Below are positions 26,702 through 36,353 of a stretch of DNA of 64,000 bases, piece after piece; within the stretch, counting starts at the first letter, position 1; each line of letters opens with the position of its first letter. Under the pieces are notes generated by a model, which did no database searches, was not told the origin of the DNA, and saw only the letters and a program-made list of their open reading frames with translations. The position numbers and the translations under genes are program-made. Source of the stretch: Patescibacteria group bacterium (lineage in GTDB: Bacteria; Patescibacteriota; Patescibacteriia; JACQRZ01); the NCBI GenBank assembly GCA_038065255.1, contig JBBTRI010000006.1, forward strand, positions 73,240 to 137,239, read 5' to 3'.

Positions 26702-27615
26702 TTTCCTATAGGTATAGAAATATTAAAGATGAAGGTTTGCGGACACTCAAAGAATTTAAAATTGGTTCTTGGGTTAATGTTGAGAATCCATCCTTACAAG
26801 AAATTACAGCGCTTTCAAAACTCCTCGGACTTGAAGAAAGTTTGATTCATGATGCGCTTGATGTGTATGAAGCGCCACGCATTGAGGTGGAGCGGGGGAT
26901 TGTCTATGTGTTTACGCGGTATCCTGTTGTTGATACGACAAACACAGTAACGCTGCCGATTCTTATTGTTATCGGAGAACAGTTTTTCCTCACAGTCTGT
27001 ACGCAGGAGTGTTCGCTATTGGCACAGACTCGCGAAATGAAAAATGTGTTTTCAACGCAAAAAACAAAATTATTTTTACAAGTATTTTCTCAAATTACGA
27101 GTGCGTATACGACATACCTTCACCAGATGAACAAGAACATTCGTATGTCTATGCTCAAGCTCGAACGTATTACCAATAACGATATTGTTGAATTTGTCCG
27201 CTATGAAGGGATTTTAAGCGATTTTTTGTATTCTATGGAGCAGACGCATACCGTTCTCAAAAATGTGCTTTCCGGAAAGTTTCTGCCTCTCTATGACCAG
27301 GATGAGGATTTGGCGGAAGACATTGTGCTGAATTATGGGCAGCTCATGGAAATGTGCCGGTCGAATCTGAGAACAATCGCCAATATCCGTGCGGCGTATT
27401 CCACTATTACGACCAATACATTGAATCGCACCATGAAGCTTCTTACTTCACTTACGATACTTGTTACGATCCCGACAATGATTTCGAGTCTGTATGGCAT
27501 GAATGTGGCGCTGCCGGGAAGCGGCTCGTCAGTAGCATTTTATTGGATTATCGGATTCATCGTCGGCAGTGCCGGCGTTGTTACGCTTGTTTTCATGAAA
27601 AATAAATGGCTATGA
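26698..27615 (+). CDS. corA: CorA family Mg2+ transporter
   Basis: DALD.YE.PRIE, N.TMKLLT, YGMN signature, two C-terminal TM segments. Confidence 0.9.
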   Translation: MISYRYRNIKDEGLRTLKEFKIGSWVNVENPSLQEITALSKLLGLEESLIHDALDVYEAPRIEVERGIVYVFTRYPVVDTTNTVTLPILIVIGEQFFLTVCTQECSLLAQTREMKNVFSTQKTKLFLQVFSQITSAYTTYLHQMNKNIRMSMLKLERITNNDIVEFVRYEGILSDFLYSMEQTHTVLKNVLSGKFLPLYDQDEDLAEDIVLNYGQLMEMCRSNLRTIANIRAAYSTITTNTLNRTMKLLTSLTILVTIPTMISSLYGMNVALPGSGSSVAFYWIIGFIVGSAGVVTLVFMKNKWL

Positions 27616-28061
27616 GCTTACCAAAGGAACATTCATATGGTGTTGTTGCTGTGAAAATTGTGGCAGGCTGCGCGCAGTATCTTGTTGTGTTCCATCGAAG
27701 CGGACACTGGGGATTGCCCAAGGGACACATGCAAGAGGGCGAAACTGAAGTTCAAACGGCACTGAGAGAATTACAAGAAGAAGGAGGCGTAAGCGTATGC
27801 GATATTCTGCCGGGCGTATCGTTCAATGAACAGTATCACTGCACCTATGGCGGTATTGAATATGATAAAACCGTTACCTATTTTCTTGGAATAGTGCGCC
27901 ACGAGATGGAAGAATATACGGATCCGGATGGTGACATTATTGAGCGCGCATGGCTTGCCTATGAAGATGCTTTGGAACGATTGACATACTCGCAAAAAAA
28001 AGAAATACTCATCGAGGCGAATGACTATCTTACCCTACACTCGCAGTGTTATAAAACATAA
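27612..28061 (+). CDS. NUDIX hydrolase (Ap4A hydrolase-like)
   Basis: HWGLPKGHMQEGETEVQTALRELQEEGG Nudix box. ATGA-coupled to corA. Confidence 0.88.
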   Translation: MSLPKEHSYGVVAVKIVAGCAQYLVVFHRSGHWGLPKGHMQEGETEVQTALRELQEEGGVSVCDILPGVSFNEQYHCTYGGIEYDKTVTYFLGIVRHEMEEYTDPDGDIIERAWLAYEDALERLTYSQKKEILIEANDYLTLHSQCYKT

Positions 28062-28185
28062 AACTCTTCGCTCCAGGTATCCATCTGTCGGGGCCGCAAT
28101 GTTCTTGCTAGATACATTGCTTAGATTCCTCGCCGCCACTCGTCAAAAACTCCTCCAGACGAACACCTGGGCGGAGTTTCATGTT
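28055..28185 (-). repeat. Long imperfect palindromic element A
   Basis: Arms 28055-28087 and 28156-28185 (~30 bp). Inner hairpin GCAATGT...ACATTGC. Confidence 0.75.
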
Positions 28186-28201
28186 CTAATTCGACAATAG
28201 T

Positions 28202-29206
28202 ATGCAAAAACTACGTCCGACCGTAAAGCGCGATTTAAGCCTTTTTTCTATTGAAGCATGGGAGAAGGGGTATCGGAAGTATTTACCAGATACTCTCGGT
28301 TGGGATTATCCGATTATTTTTCATTACGATGGGACAAGGGTGCACTTTTATCATACCGAGCAGGACTTTTCTCATTTTAAACACAGCATCACACAACGTC
28401 TTATAAATGACGATGCGCTTTTTGAGAAGCTCAATGAACAATTTAAAAAAAACATTTTCACACTTCGCGAGTTTTTGCATACTATCAGTGGCGAAAATCT
28501 ACAAGAAATTTCTGATCTCATAGGAACAATCATGGCGTTTTATATATTTGTTGTGAGTGATGCATTCGTTGCCACGCGCGCGAGCGCATGGGAGTCACGT
28601 ACGTTATCCGAGGGCATCCTGTATGATCTTGACGAGCATGTTGAACGGCATATGAAGCAAAGATTACGAGAAAAATGTTTTGGTGAAAGCGTATCACATG
28701 TCCTTCGCTTGTCGGACTATGAAGCTCTGATGAATGGCGAACAAAAAATTCTCGATAATATTTCACACCGTCTTGGCGGATATATTATACGTGATTCTGT
28801 ATTGAGCACCGATATTACATTTGAAACATTTTGCAGTAGGAGTGGATATGTTCTTCCAGAAATTGTAGTGAAAGCACCAGATTCGACTGAGCTTCGCGGC
28901 ACTGTGGCGTATCAGGGCACTGCAAGGGGTCGGGTGAAAATAGTCCACCGAAAAGAAGACCTTGCAACCATTAAAGAAGGAGATATTTTAGTTGCATGCA
29001 TGACAAATGCAACATATATTTTTGGTATGAAAATGGCCGGGGCGATTGTTACTGACGAAGGCGGTATCACCTGTCATGCTGCAATTATGGCGCGCGAGCT
29101 TGGCAAGCCGTGCATTACCGGAACACGAGAAGCAACCAAGAGATTAAAAGATGGCGATAGTGTAGTAGTGGACGCCTATCAAGGAATTGTGAAGATATGT
29201 AGTTGA
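28202..29206 (+). CDS. PEP-utilising mobile (phospho-His) domain protein with uncharacterised N-terminus
   Basis: LRGTVAYQG.ARGRV, GDILVA.MT, IVTDEGGITCHAAIMARELGKPCI. No ATP-grasp domain present. Confidence 0.8.
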   Translation: MQKLRPTVKRDLSLFSIEAWEKGYRKYLPDTLGWDYPIIFHYDGTRVHFYHTEQDFSHFKHSITQRLINDDALFEKLNEQFKKNIFTLREFLHTISGENLQEISDLIGTIMAFYIFVVSDAFVATRASAWESRTLSEGILYDLDEHVERHMKQRLREKCFGESVSHVLRLSDYEALMNGEQKILDNISHRLGGYIIRDSVLSTDITFETFCSRSGYVLPEIVVKAPDSTELRGTVAYQGTARGRVKIVHRKEDLATIKEGDILVACMTNATYIFGMKMAGAIVTDEGGITCHAAIMARELGKPCITGTREATKRLKDGDSVVVDAYQGIVKICS

Positions 29207-29237
29207 CAATAGTGCGTACTCTGCGTATGATTTTCTG

Positions 29238-29825
29238 GTGACAGAACGTTCCTTGCCACAATTCATTACGTTTTCCGGCCCTTCCGGATCAGGTAAGTCT
29301 GCAACTGCACGGCATCTTATCACTGTTTGTCAAAGGATTGAACTTGCGCGTGGATACACAACGCGTATGCCACGCGAATATGAACGTAAACGGCCATTCA
29401 AGTACCGTGAATACCACCATGTTTCCCTTGAGAAATTTAATGAGCTGGAGCAGAGTGGCAAACTTGAGTGGAGTATCACATTGGAAAGCGGGCGCTATGC
29501 AACACCTCGAACGCTTTTTGAGAGAAACCGAGATACAACCCTTCTCTTTCTTGTTACTCCCGATGTTGTGCCTCGCATTCGCGACCTTTCAAAAGGACCC
29601 GTTGTATCATTCTACTTCTTTCCGCCACCAATGGAAGAAATAATACGGAGAATGAAAGCGCGCAGAGATACTGAAGATGAAATTGCCAAGCGAGTCGTCG
29701 ACAGCAGGTCTTCATCGTGGATCAGCCCCCTCAAAGATAGCAGCATTCAATGGGTGCCTATTATTACCGAGGATAGGTCGGTCGAGCAGACGATTCAAAT
29801 GATCAGAGACCACCTGGGAATATAA
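29238..29825 (+). CDS. Guanylate kinase-like protein (divergent)
   Basis: SGPSGSGKS, YTTRMPR.YE, YHHVS, RRMKAR.DTEDEIAKR. Confidence 0.7.
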   Translation: MTERSLPQFITFSGPSGSGKSATARHLITVCQRIELARGYTTRMPREYERKRPFKYREYHHVSLEKFNELEQSGKLEWSITLESGRYATPRTLFERNRDTTLLFLVTPDVVPRIRDLSKGPVVSFYFFPPPMEEIIRRMKARRDTEDEIAKRVVDSRSSSWISPLKDSSIQWVPIITEDRSVEQTIQMIRDHLGI

Positions 29826-30079
29826 TGGAAGAGTGCTCCACATGCCAACATGCAATCTTATCTCAGGACGATTTTGGTTCAATTTTGAATCACGAACTTC
29901 ACTGCCCTGTGCGCCGCGGCGCTGATAGGCAACACCTAGACGGATTTAATGCGGGGTATATGGATCGGCTTAGAGAGCGGCATGTAGCGCAAGAACATCC
30001 AGTATATGAACTTGGCTGGCAGCAAGCAGACAGGTATTTGGCGCGCCTTGCTTTGGAACAACCATTTAAGCCATCATAA
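29825..30079 (+). CDS. Small hypothetical protein
   Basis: Start overlaps the previous stop (TAATG). Followed by the GTCCC/GGGAC + T7 terminator (30084-30107). Confidence 0.55.
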   Translation: MEECSTCQHAILSQDDFGSILNHELHCPVRRGADRQHLDGFNAGYMDRLRERHVAQEHPVYELGWQQADRYLARLALEQPFKPS

Positions 30080-30144
30080 TTATGTCCCACTCATAGGGAC
30101 TTTTTTTATACGTTTTGACAGAGAGGCGTTTCTAATGATAGATT

Positions 30145-30747
30145 ATGGTAACGAGTATGGTTCATAAATATACGGCAATAAAACTTATTACGTTTACCGG
30201 GGCATCGGGAGTGGGTAAGACTGTCATTGCCCGTACGCTTCTTGAGCGGTTTCCGCTGTTTGGATGGCTGGAAAGCATTACAACCAGAGAAATCCGGCCG
30301 ACGAATTTTCCAGACGAATATGTCCATGTGTCGCAGGGGGAATTTCTCCAGTGGGTTTCGGAAGAAAAATTTGTAGAATGGGTGCAGGTACACGGGAATG
30401 ATTATTACGGTACACTGAAAGGATCACTTGATCGAGTACTTACAGATCCCAAGCGCATTTATTTAAAAACTATCGATCCTGTCGGTTTGGCAAAAATCCA
30501 TGCCTATGCCCCGTCGGCATTGCTGCCTTTCTATGTTCTTGCCCCATCGGAAGACATCCTGCGGCAACGGCTAAGCGACCGAGGGGAGAGCGAAGAGACT
30601 GTTCAGAGGCGCTTGCATGATTGCGAGCGCTGGGATGCTGATGCGCGCCAATCAAAAATCCCGTATGTTTTTATTCAAAATGAAAAAACAATCGAAGATG
30701 TCATCGAGCATATTATTGATTTTTTGAGCGGGCGCGGTGTGATATAA
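30145..30747 (+). CDS. gmk: Guanylate kinase
   Basis: TGASGVGKT, SITTR.IRP, EW.QVHGN.YYGT, LRQRL.DRG. Confidence 0.8.
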   Translation: MVTSMVHKYTAIKLITFTGASGVGKTVIARTLLERFPLFGWLESITTREIRPTNFPDEYVHVSQGEFLQWVSEEKFVEWVQVHGNDYYGTLKGSLDRVLTDPKRIYLKTIDPVGLAKIHAYAPSALLPFYVLAPSEDILRQRLSDRGESEETVQRRLHDCERWDADARQSKIPYVFIQNEKTIEDVIEHIIDFLSGRGVI

Positions 30748-30757
30748 TAGTATAGAT

Positions 30758-31483
30758 ATGGATCAATCTCAGCAGCAACAATCATCATTTAAGTCATTAT
30801 TCGTTTTTCTTATTGCAACCCTTGTTATTATTGGCATTGGGTATGGAGGGTATACTGTGTTTCTACGAAAGAACGATCGTAGCGGCATTCCTGGCGCAAA
30901 CAAGGAACAGCCTGCGAATACTCAAATAGTAAAACAAGAAACCCCTTCAATAAAAGTCATACAAAAGAAGCAGGATGAGAAAAATCAAAAAATTCAGCAA
31001 CAGAATGCCTTACCGGAGGAAGAGCAAGAAATTCCTGTGATCCCCCAGCCGATATTGAATCCGGAACGAGCGACAACGCCATCTCCAGTGCGGGGTGCTT
31101 CTGTTCCGACGCCAACACTGTATCCCATGACTATCAAAGCAACAGCCATATCTGTTGAGCTTGCTGAAACGCGTGATCAGCAGGAGCATGGCCTGGGCGG
31201 GCGCACGGGTCTTGCGGAGGATCGGGGCTTACTGTATATACTTCGAAAACCGGATTTTTATACATTCTGGATGAAGGATATGAAATTTCCCATTGATATC
31301 ATTTGGATTGATAAGGATCAAAAAGTCATTGATATTTCCCATAGCCTTACGCCCGATACATATCCTAGGATTTTCCAGCCGGTCCACCCGGCGCAGATCA
31401 TTCTCGAAGTCGCTTCGGGTTTTGCAAAAAAACACGACATTAAGATCGGCGACCCGGTATCCGTCCCCAAAATTCAACAATAG
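30758..31483 (+). CDS. DUF192 domain membrane-anchored protein
   Basis: N-terminal TM segment and Q/P-rich linker, then VELAET..QQEHGL, FWMKDMKFPIDIIWI, LEVASG. Confidence 0.85.
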   Translation: MDQSQQQQSSFKSLFVFLIATLVIIGIGYGGYTVFLRKNDRSGIPGANKEQPANTQIVKQETPSIKVIQKKQDEKNQKIQQQNALPEEEQEIPVIPQPILNPERATTPSPVRGASVPTPTLYPMTIKATAISVELAETRDQQEHGLGGRTGLAEDRGLLYILRKPDFYTFWMKDMKFPIDIIWIDKDQKVIDISHSLTPDTYPRIFQPVHPAQIILEVASGFAKKHDIKIGDPVSVPKIQQ

Positions 31484-31486
31484 AGT

Positions 31487-31816
31487 ATGACATTTGAAGA
31501 ATACCAGCGCGAATCACAGAAAACCGCAACGTATCCTGTTATTGGATTGCCGTTTGTCTATCCGACACTCGGGTTGGCAGGGGAGACCGGAGAAGTGGTG
31601 GAAAAAGTCAAAAAAATCTTTCGCGACAACAACAGCACCATCACCGAAGAGCAGACACAGGAACTAGTTAAAGAAATGGGTGATGTGCTTTGGTATTTGA
31701 CACAGCTTGCAACAACACTTGGTGTCTCTCTTGAAGATGTTGCGCGCATGAATATGGAAAAACTTCGTTCGCGCCTTGAACGTGACGCACTCCATGGAGA
31801 CGGCGACAACCGTTGA
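31487..31816 (+). CDS. MazG-like nucleoside triphosphate pyrophosphohydrolase
   Basis: LGLAGETGEVVEKVKKIFRD, EMGDVLWY, GDGDNR. Confidence 0.88.
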   Translation: MTFEEYQRESQKTATYPVIGLPFVYPTLGLAGETGEVVEKVKKIFRDNNSTITEEQTQELVKEMGDVLWYLTQLATTLGVSLEDVARMNMEKLRSRLERDALHGDGDNR

Positions 31817-31856
31817 CTGCAAAAAAAGACCGCACGCATTGTTGGCATGCGGCGGT

Positions 31857-32405
31857 TCAGGGTACGCGGCGGCTGTCTTTGACAGCTTGCGCAGGTATGG
31901 AAAGTAAGGCAATGAGTCGATTGGTGCTTGCGCCCGGCAGGGAATAAATTGCCGGATCGTCCTGGAGCACATCCGACCAGCCTGCAAGCGCCAGGCGAGC
32001 TGTTTCATCGCGCGCAAAAAGCATTGTCTCTGCCACCTTGTTGGCAACTTTTTTTTGTGGGCGCACTGCGACAAGCTGGTCGATTTCCAGTTTGACATCG
32101 GGCAGTGCTGACTGGAGATGTGCAACAAGCTTGGAAATAACCGGGGGAAGCTCAACAACGAATTCCTCGATTGGATAGCTGTTCCAGTGGGCAGTTTTTG
32201 CACAAAACCCCAAGCTTTTTTGATAGAGTTTTTCAAAAAATGCTAGATCAGGATCGATGTGTCGTTCACCGCCAGCAATGCGGCACAGGATATCCATTTT
32301 TCGATTTACAGCTTCAACATCAGGAGGAATAATGCCGATTGTACGGAGGCGATTTCGTAAATCTGTTTTATGAGGTCTCTCTCGCGCCTTACTCATTGTC
32401 CTCAC
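31857..32405 (-). CDS. Hypothetical protein
   Basis: 182-aa ORF followed by a minus-strand hairpin and T-tract (31821-31856). Confidence 0.55.
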   Translation of the reverse strand: MRTMSKARERPHKTDLRNRLRTIGIIPPDVEAVNRKMDILCRIAGGERHIDPDLAFFEKLYQKSLGFCAKTAHWNSYPIEEFVVELPPVISKLVAHLQSALPDVKLEIDQLVAVRPQKKVANKVAETMLFARDETARLALAGWSDVLQDDPAIYSLPGASTNRLIALLSIPAQAVKDSRRVP

Positions 32406-32517
32406 ATGAAAGGTTCATATAGATATCCTATCTTATCCAGCTCTAAATACAAGAAATGGGTCAAGGGGGTTGACAAAAAGCTTATACTATTCAATACTTG
32501 CAGAACACAGTGTTAAA

Positions 32518-33228
32518 ATGAACCTTGAATTGTTTCATTACACTAGCGGTATTATTGGTGGGGCAGTAACGCTTCTTGGATTCATGTTCTATTGCTGGTA
32601 TTTGCTGACCGTGAGCCATGCCCGCCCGGCGCGCGTAGGTTGGATCATCTGGTCGATTGTCACCTTCCTTACCATGATCTTTCATGCATCGGCAAATAAT
32701 GCGGCATTCGATCCCTTTTCGTTCATTTCACAATTACCCACACTAACAACGCATACGCCGACCATGTTTTTCGCCATCGGTAATTTTGTTGGATGTACGG
32801 CTGTTGCGCTCCTAGCATTATGGAGGGGCAAGGGCGGATGGACAAGTATCGATAAGTTCTCGCTTGTAGGCGCGATTGTAAGTATTTTCCTTTGGCTTAT
32901 AAGCGGTTCAGGACTCCTAGCGCTTATCGTCAGTCTGTGCGCAGATTTCTGCGGTGCGATTCCCACTATCGAGCATGCTTCATGCGAACCGGGAGGAGAA
33001 TCAAGGCTGGCATGGGGCACTTTTGCAGTGGGAACAATCATTACAGGGGGGGGTATCGGTGCATTGACAATTGAAGAATGTGCCTTTCCGATGTACTTCC
33101 TATTTATAGACTGCTTCATAGTCTTTATCGTTCTTTTCCCCAACAGCAGACTAACACTCTGGACACGGAATAAGTATGAACAGTTCAAAAACTGGCATGA
33201 GCGAACATTTACTCCTCAGCCATTATGA
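32518..33228 (+). CDS. Multi-pass membrane protein (PQ-loop-like duplicated pattern)
   Basis: About 7 TM segments. PARVGWIIW and IPTI...ESRLAW. TTG 32470 is likely the -35 box, so ATG 32518 was used. Confidence 0.65.
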   Translation: MNLELFHYTSGIIGGAVTLLGFMFYCWYLLTVSHARPARVGWIIWSIVTFLTMIFHASANNAAFDPFSFISQLPTLTTHTPTMFFAIGNFVGCTAVALLALWRGKGGWTSIDKFSLVGAIVSIFLWLISGSGLLALIVSLCADFCGAIPTIEHASCEPGGESRLAWGTFAVGTIITGGGIGALTIEECAFPMYFLFIDCFIVFIVLFPNSRLTLWTRNKYEQFKNWHERTFTPQPL

Positions 33229-33253
33229 TGTCTTCGGACATCTTTTCTTTTTT
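33227..33253 (+). terminator. Intrinsic terminator with cUUCGg tetraloop
   Basis: GATGTC-TTCG-GACATC followed by a T-tract. Confidence 0.75.
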
Positions 33254-33279
33254 ATAATTACAAATATAATAAGAAGCAT

Positions 33280-34086
33280 ATGTGCCGACTTTTTGCATGT
33301 GCAGGACAGCTTTCCGAACAGGAGACAATCGCATCTCTGAAGGCTTTTCGCCGTATCGCTAAACTCGGTGTCATTCCTCCTGTGCCGAATATCAAGAGGG
33401 GACATACCGAGGGGTGGGGTTTGGTTGCCTACAAAAATGGCGAGATAGTGTATGAAAAAAAACGGAAAGCAGTTGCGTTTCGCGATCCGGAGTTTTTGTA
33501 TTCATTGCCGCGCTTGGGCAAACGCCTTCCTGATACTATCATCGCCCATGTGCGCAAAATGACGTATGGCATGGTTGCCTCTCGCAATAACCACCCGTTT
33601 GTATTTGGCCCCTACTCATTTGCACATAATGGGTCGGTTGACGGCACGGAAAGCATCCCGTTGAAGTCGTATTTTAAAGACAACATCAAAGGCACCACTG
33701 ATACGGAACGGTTTTTTTCCTACTTTCTTCAGTTGCTCTACGCACGCCCCAAGTGTACAACGGCTGATGTACAGGCATGTTTTAAAAAGCTTATAGAGTA
33801 TATCCACAAGCACCACTCGTATACGGCAATCAATATTGTATTGTCGAATAGTACGCATGTTTGGGCGTATCGGGATTATAACCCCGAAAATGAACTGGTG
33901 AAAAAATATAATCTCGGATCATATTTTACCCTCTACTATGCTTTACGAAGAAAAAAAACACTCTTTGTATCATCGGAAAAAATGGTTTTGCCTGGAGTAA
34001 AATGGCACCTATTGGAAAATAAACACGGGATTGAGTTCAATATCAAGACTCATGCGGTGAAGGCATTCGATTGGACATCATCATAG
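33280..34086 (+). CDS. Class II glutamine amidotransferase (YafJ/EgtC-like)
   Basis: MCRL N-terminal Cys, H.EGWG, AHVRK, N.HPF, FAHNG, GTTDTE. Confidence 0.88.
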   Translation: MCRLFACAGQLSEQETIASLKAFRRIAKLGVIPPVPNIKRGHTEGWGLVAYKNGEIVYEKKRKAVAFRDPEFLYSLPRLGKRLPDTIIAHVRKMTYGMVASRNNHPFVFGPYSFAHNGSVDGTESIPLKSYFKDNIKGTTDTERFFSYFLQLLYARPKCTTADVQACFKKLIEYIHKHHSYTAINIVLSNSTHVWAYRDYNPENELVKKYNLGSYFTLYYALRRKKTLFVSSEKMVLPGVKWHLLENKHGIEFNIKTHAVKAFDWTSS

Positions 34087-34138
34087 AAAAGTGGTATACT
34101 AGTAGTGAACGAAAGTAAACTTTCAAAAGGTTTTATTT

Positions 34139-35194
34139 ATGAATATGAAAACGAAAACAATAGTGTCCCTCTGTGTTTTGACTGCATTTGTTGGGACCGT
34201 AGGGCTTCTCCAGGTTCCATCGATAAGCGCAAGCAATGCAAAAAAACAAGCGATTCCAAAAACAGCTCCAAAGCAATCATCTGATGATCGGTTGGGCAGG
34301 CTCGAACAGCAGGTCGCTCTTCTGAACGAAAAACTTTCCCTTGCTCTGGAAAAGATAAAACTTCTTGAACTCACGCGGCCTGCGTCTGATGAAGCGCTTG
34401 GCAAACAACTCCTGGAAACAGAAAAAAAGCTCCAAGAACTCCAGTTTGGAGGTGCAGTGCGCGGCGTGCAAAAGTCGAGAGACGAACAACTGACAGAAGC
34501 TGTTGCAAAAGCAAGCCCTGCCGTGGTATCGATTGTCATTTCCAAAGACGTACCGCAGCTTGAGGTTGTGTACAGCAATCCGTTTGGCAATGACCCGTTT
34601 TTTAAAGATTTTAATATTCGAGTCCCCAGTTATCGACAAAAGGGAGTGAAACGCCAGAAGGTGGGAGCGGGGACTGGGTTTGTTGTTACTTCAAGCGGTT
34701 ATATTCTCACCAATAAGCACGTCGTTCTTGATGAGCAAGCGAGCTATACTGTTTTGCTGAATGACGGATCGCAAAAGGCCGGGAAAGTGGTCTATCGCGA
34801 TTCTGCTATGGATATCGCCCTTCTCAAGATCGAAGGCGCATCATATAAACATGTGGCATTGGGAAATTCGGATGTTCTCAAGCTCGGCCAGTCAGTCATT
34901 GCTATTGGTAATGCGCTTGGTGAGTATAATAATTCCGTATCGGTTGGTATTATCTCCGGACTCAACCGCAATCTCCAAGCCGGAGGAGGAGGTTTTGTCG
35001 AGCAGCTTAAAGGGGTCATTCAGACAGATGCGGCAATCAATCCCGGCAATTCAGGTGGGCCGCTGTTGGATATCAATGGGACCGTTATCGGAGTGAATGT
35101 GGCAACCGTTCAGGGTTCGAGTAATATCAGTTTTTCCATTCCGATTAATAAAGTCAAGGAAATTACGCATAGCTTTTTCGGGAAGGATCTCTAG
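34139..35194 (+). CDS. HtrA/DegP-like trypsin serine protease lacking PDZ domain
   Basis: ASPAVVSI, GTGF, ILTNKHVV, DIALLKI, IQTDAAINPGNSGGPL. N-terminal signal and coiled coil. Confidence 0.9.
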   Translation: MNMKTKTIVSLCVLTAFVGTVGLLQVPSISASNAKKQAIPKTAPKQSSDDRLGRLEQQVALLNEKLSLALEKIKLLELTRPASDEALGKQLLETEKKLQELQFGGAVRGVQKSRDEQLTEAVAKASPAVVSIVISKDVPQLEVVYSNPFGNDPFFKDFNIRVPSYRQKGVKRQKVGAGTGFVVTSSGYILTNKHVVLDEQASYTVLLNDGSQKAGKVVYRDSAMDIALLKIEGASYKHVALGNSDVLKLGQSVIAIGNALGEYNNSVSVGIISGLNRNLQAGGGGFVEQLKGVIQTDAAINPGNSGGPLLDINGTVIGVNVATVQGSSNISFSIPINKVKEITHSFFGKDL

Positions 35195-35202
35195 AGCAAT
35201 TG

Positions 35203-35325
35203 ATACATCATCCACTTCGGGTACCCGCCTGTCAGGCACGAATATTTTTCGGCTGAAAAATTTCTTCGGCTCCTGCCGTCGCAGTCCGCAGATCCTTCCA
35301 TGCAGATACCCTTGTGGATATGTAT
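35203..35325 (-). repeat. Long imperfect palindromic element B
   Basis: Arms ATACATCATCCACTTCGGGTACCCGC and GCAGATACCCTTGTGGATATGTAT. Inner hairpin GAATATTTTTC...GAAAAATTTC. Confidence 0.7.
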
Positions 35326-35355
35326 TGTTAACTTCTTTTGTGATAACATTTTTAC

Positions 35356-36069
35356 ATGAAATTCCATCGATTTATCATAAAAAATGCTGATTTTTCCCAA
35401 AGCCCTTTTTCACTTGCGGATACAGAGCTTATTCACCAAATACTTAATGTATTAAAGTTAGGGGTAGGGGAGGAATGCATGCTTTCGGACGGCGCGCGCA
35501 ATGATGTGCGGTGCCGCATTGTTTCTTTGTCCAAAAAAGAATGCGTGTGTGAAATTATTGAGAAGACCTATAATGCAAACGAAACCGGAACCCATGGAGT
35601 ACTGTATTGTTCGTTATTAAAAAAAGAATTGTTTGAATTGGTTGTTCAAAAGGCAACAGAAGTCGGTATTAGCGAGATAGTGCCTATCACGAGCAGGCGA
35701 ACGGTACGATTGGGCCTTCCAAGCGGCGATAGGCTGACACGCATTATGAAAGAAGCATCAGAGCAATCCGGCCGCGGTGTTGTTCCGATATTGTGCGACA
35801 CATACTCATTCGAAGATGCAATTCTGCGAGCTGCTGACTCGAATAACGTCACATTTTTTTACCACCCTGCGGGTGCGCTTTTTTCCGACTGGAAAAAAGA
35901 AAACATTATTCCAAAACAAGCGAATATATTCATTGGTCCCGAAGGCGGCTGGGATAATGACGAAATACATGCTGCCCAAGAAAAAAATTTTTCCATCATC
36001 AGCCTTGGCGCAACTATCTTGCGTGCTGAAACCGCCGCGATTATAGGTAGCTATCTGGCAATTCATTAA
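35356..36069 (+). CDS. rsmE: 16S rRNA m3U1498 methyltransferase
   Basis: VQKATEVG, EASEQSGR, FIGPEGGW, LGATILRAETAA. Confidence 0.92.
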   Translation: MKFHRFIIKNADFSQSPFSLADTELIHQILNVLKLGVGEECMLSDGARNDVRCRIVSLSKKECVCEIIEKTYNANETGTHGVLYCSLLKKELFELVVQKATEVGISEIVPITSRRTVRLGLPSGDRLTRIMKEASEQSGRGVVPILCDTYSFEDAILRAADSNNVTFFYHPAGALFSDWKKENIIPKQANIFIGPEGGWDNDEIHAAQEKNFSIISLGATILRAETAAIIGSYLAIH

Positions 36070-36291
36070 ATGAAAATAACCGTAACGGTAAAAACAAAGG
36101 CGCGCGTTGAATTGGTGAAACAAATAGATGACACGCACTATGCCGTGTCGGTAAAAACACCGCCGGTTGAGGGAAAGGCGAATGAAGCCGTTATCCGTGC
36201 ATTAGCAGGCTCTATTGGCATTGCGCAGTCTCGCATTACCCTTGTAAAAGGTCACACAGCGAAACAAAAAGTGTTTGATATTTTGATTTGA
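36070..36291 (+). CDS. DUF167 (YggU/UPF0235) protein
   Basis: V.VK..A, PPVEGKANEAVIRALA, GHTAKQK. Confidence 0.88.
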   Translation: MKITVTVKTKARVELVKQIDDTHYAVSVKTPPVEGKANEAVIRALAGSIGIAQSRITLVKGHTAKQKVFDILI

Positions 36292-36353
36292 AGTATGAAA
36301 AAAATATGGTACGTTTAAGCATCAAAGAAAAAGTCTATTAGAGATTCTGACAT

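Noticed and set aside
28051-28190. Integron attC site interpretation of the palindromes (bottom-strand folding, bulged bases)
   Set aside because: The ends do not match RYYYAAC/GTTRRRY, there is no unpaired central spacer next to the R box, no integrase is present and the flanking genes are housekeeping.
35191-35400. 69-aa minus-strand and 97-aa plus-strand ORFs across element B
   Set aside because: They overlap real genes and the palindrome, and have no protein-like motifs.
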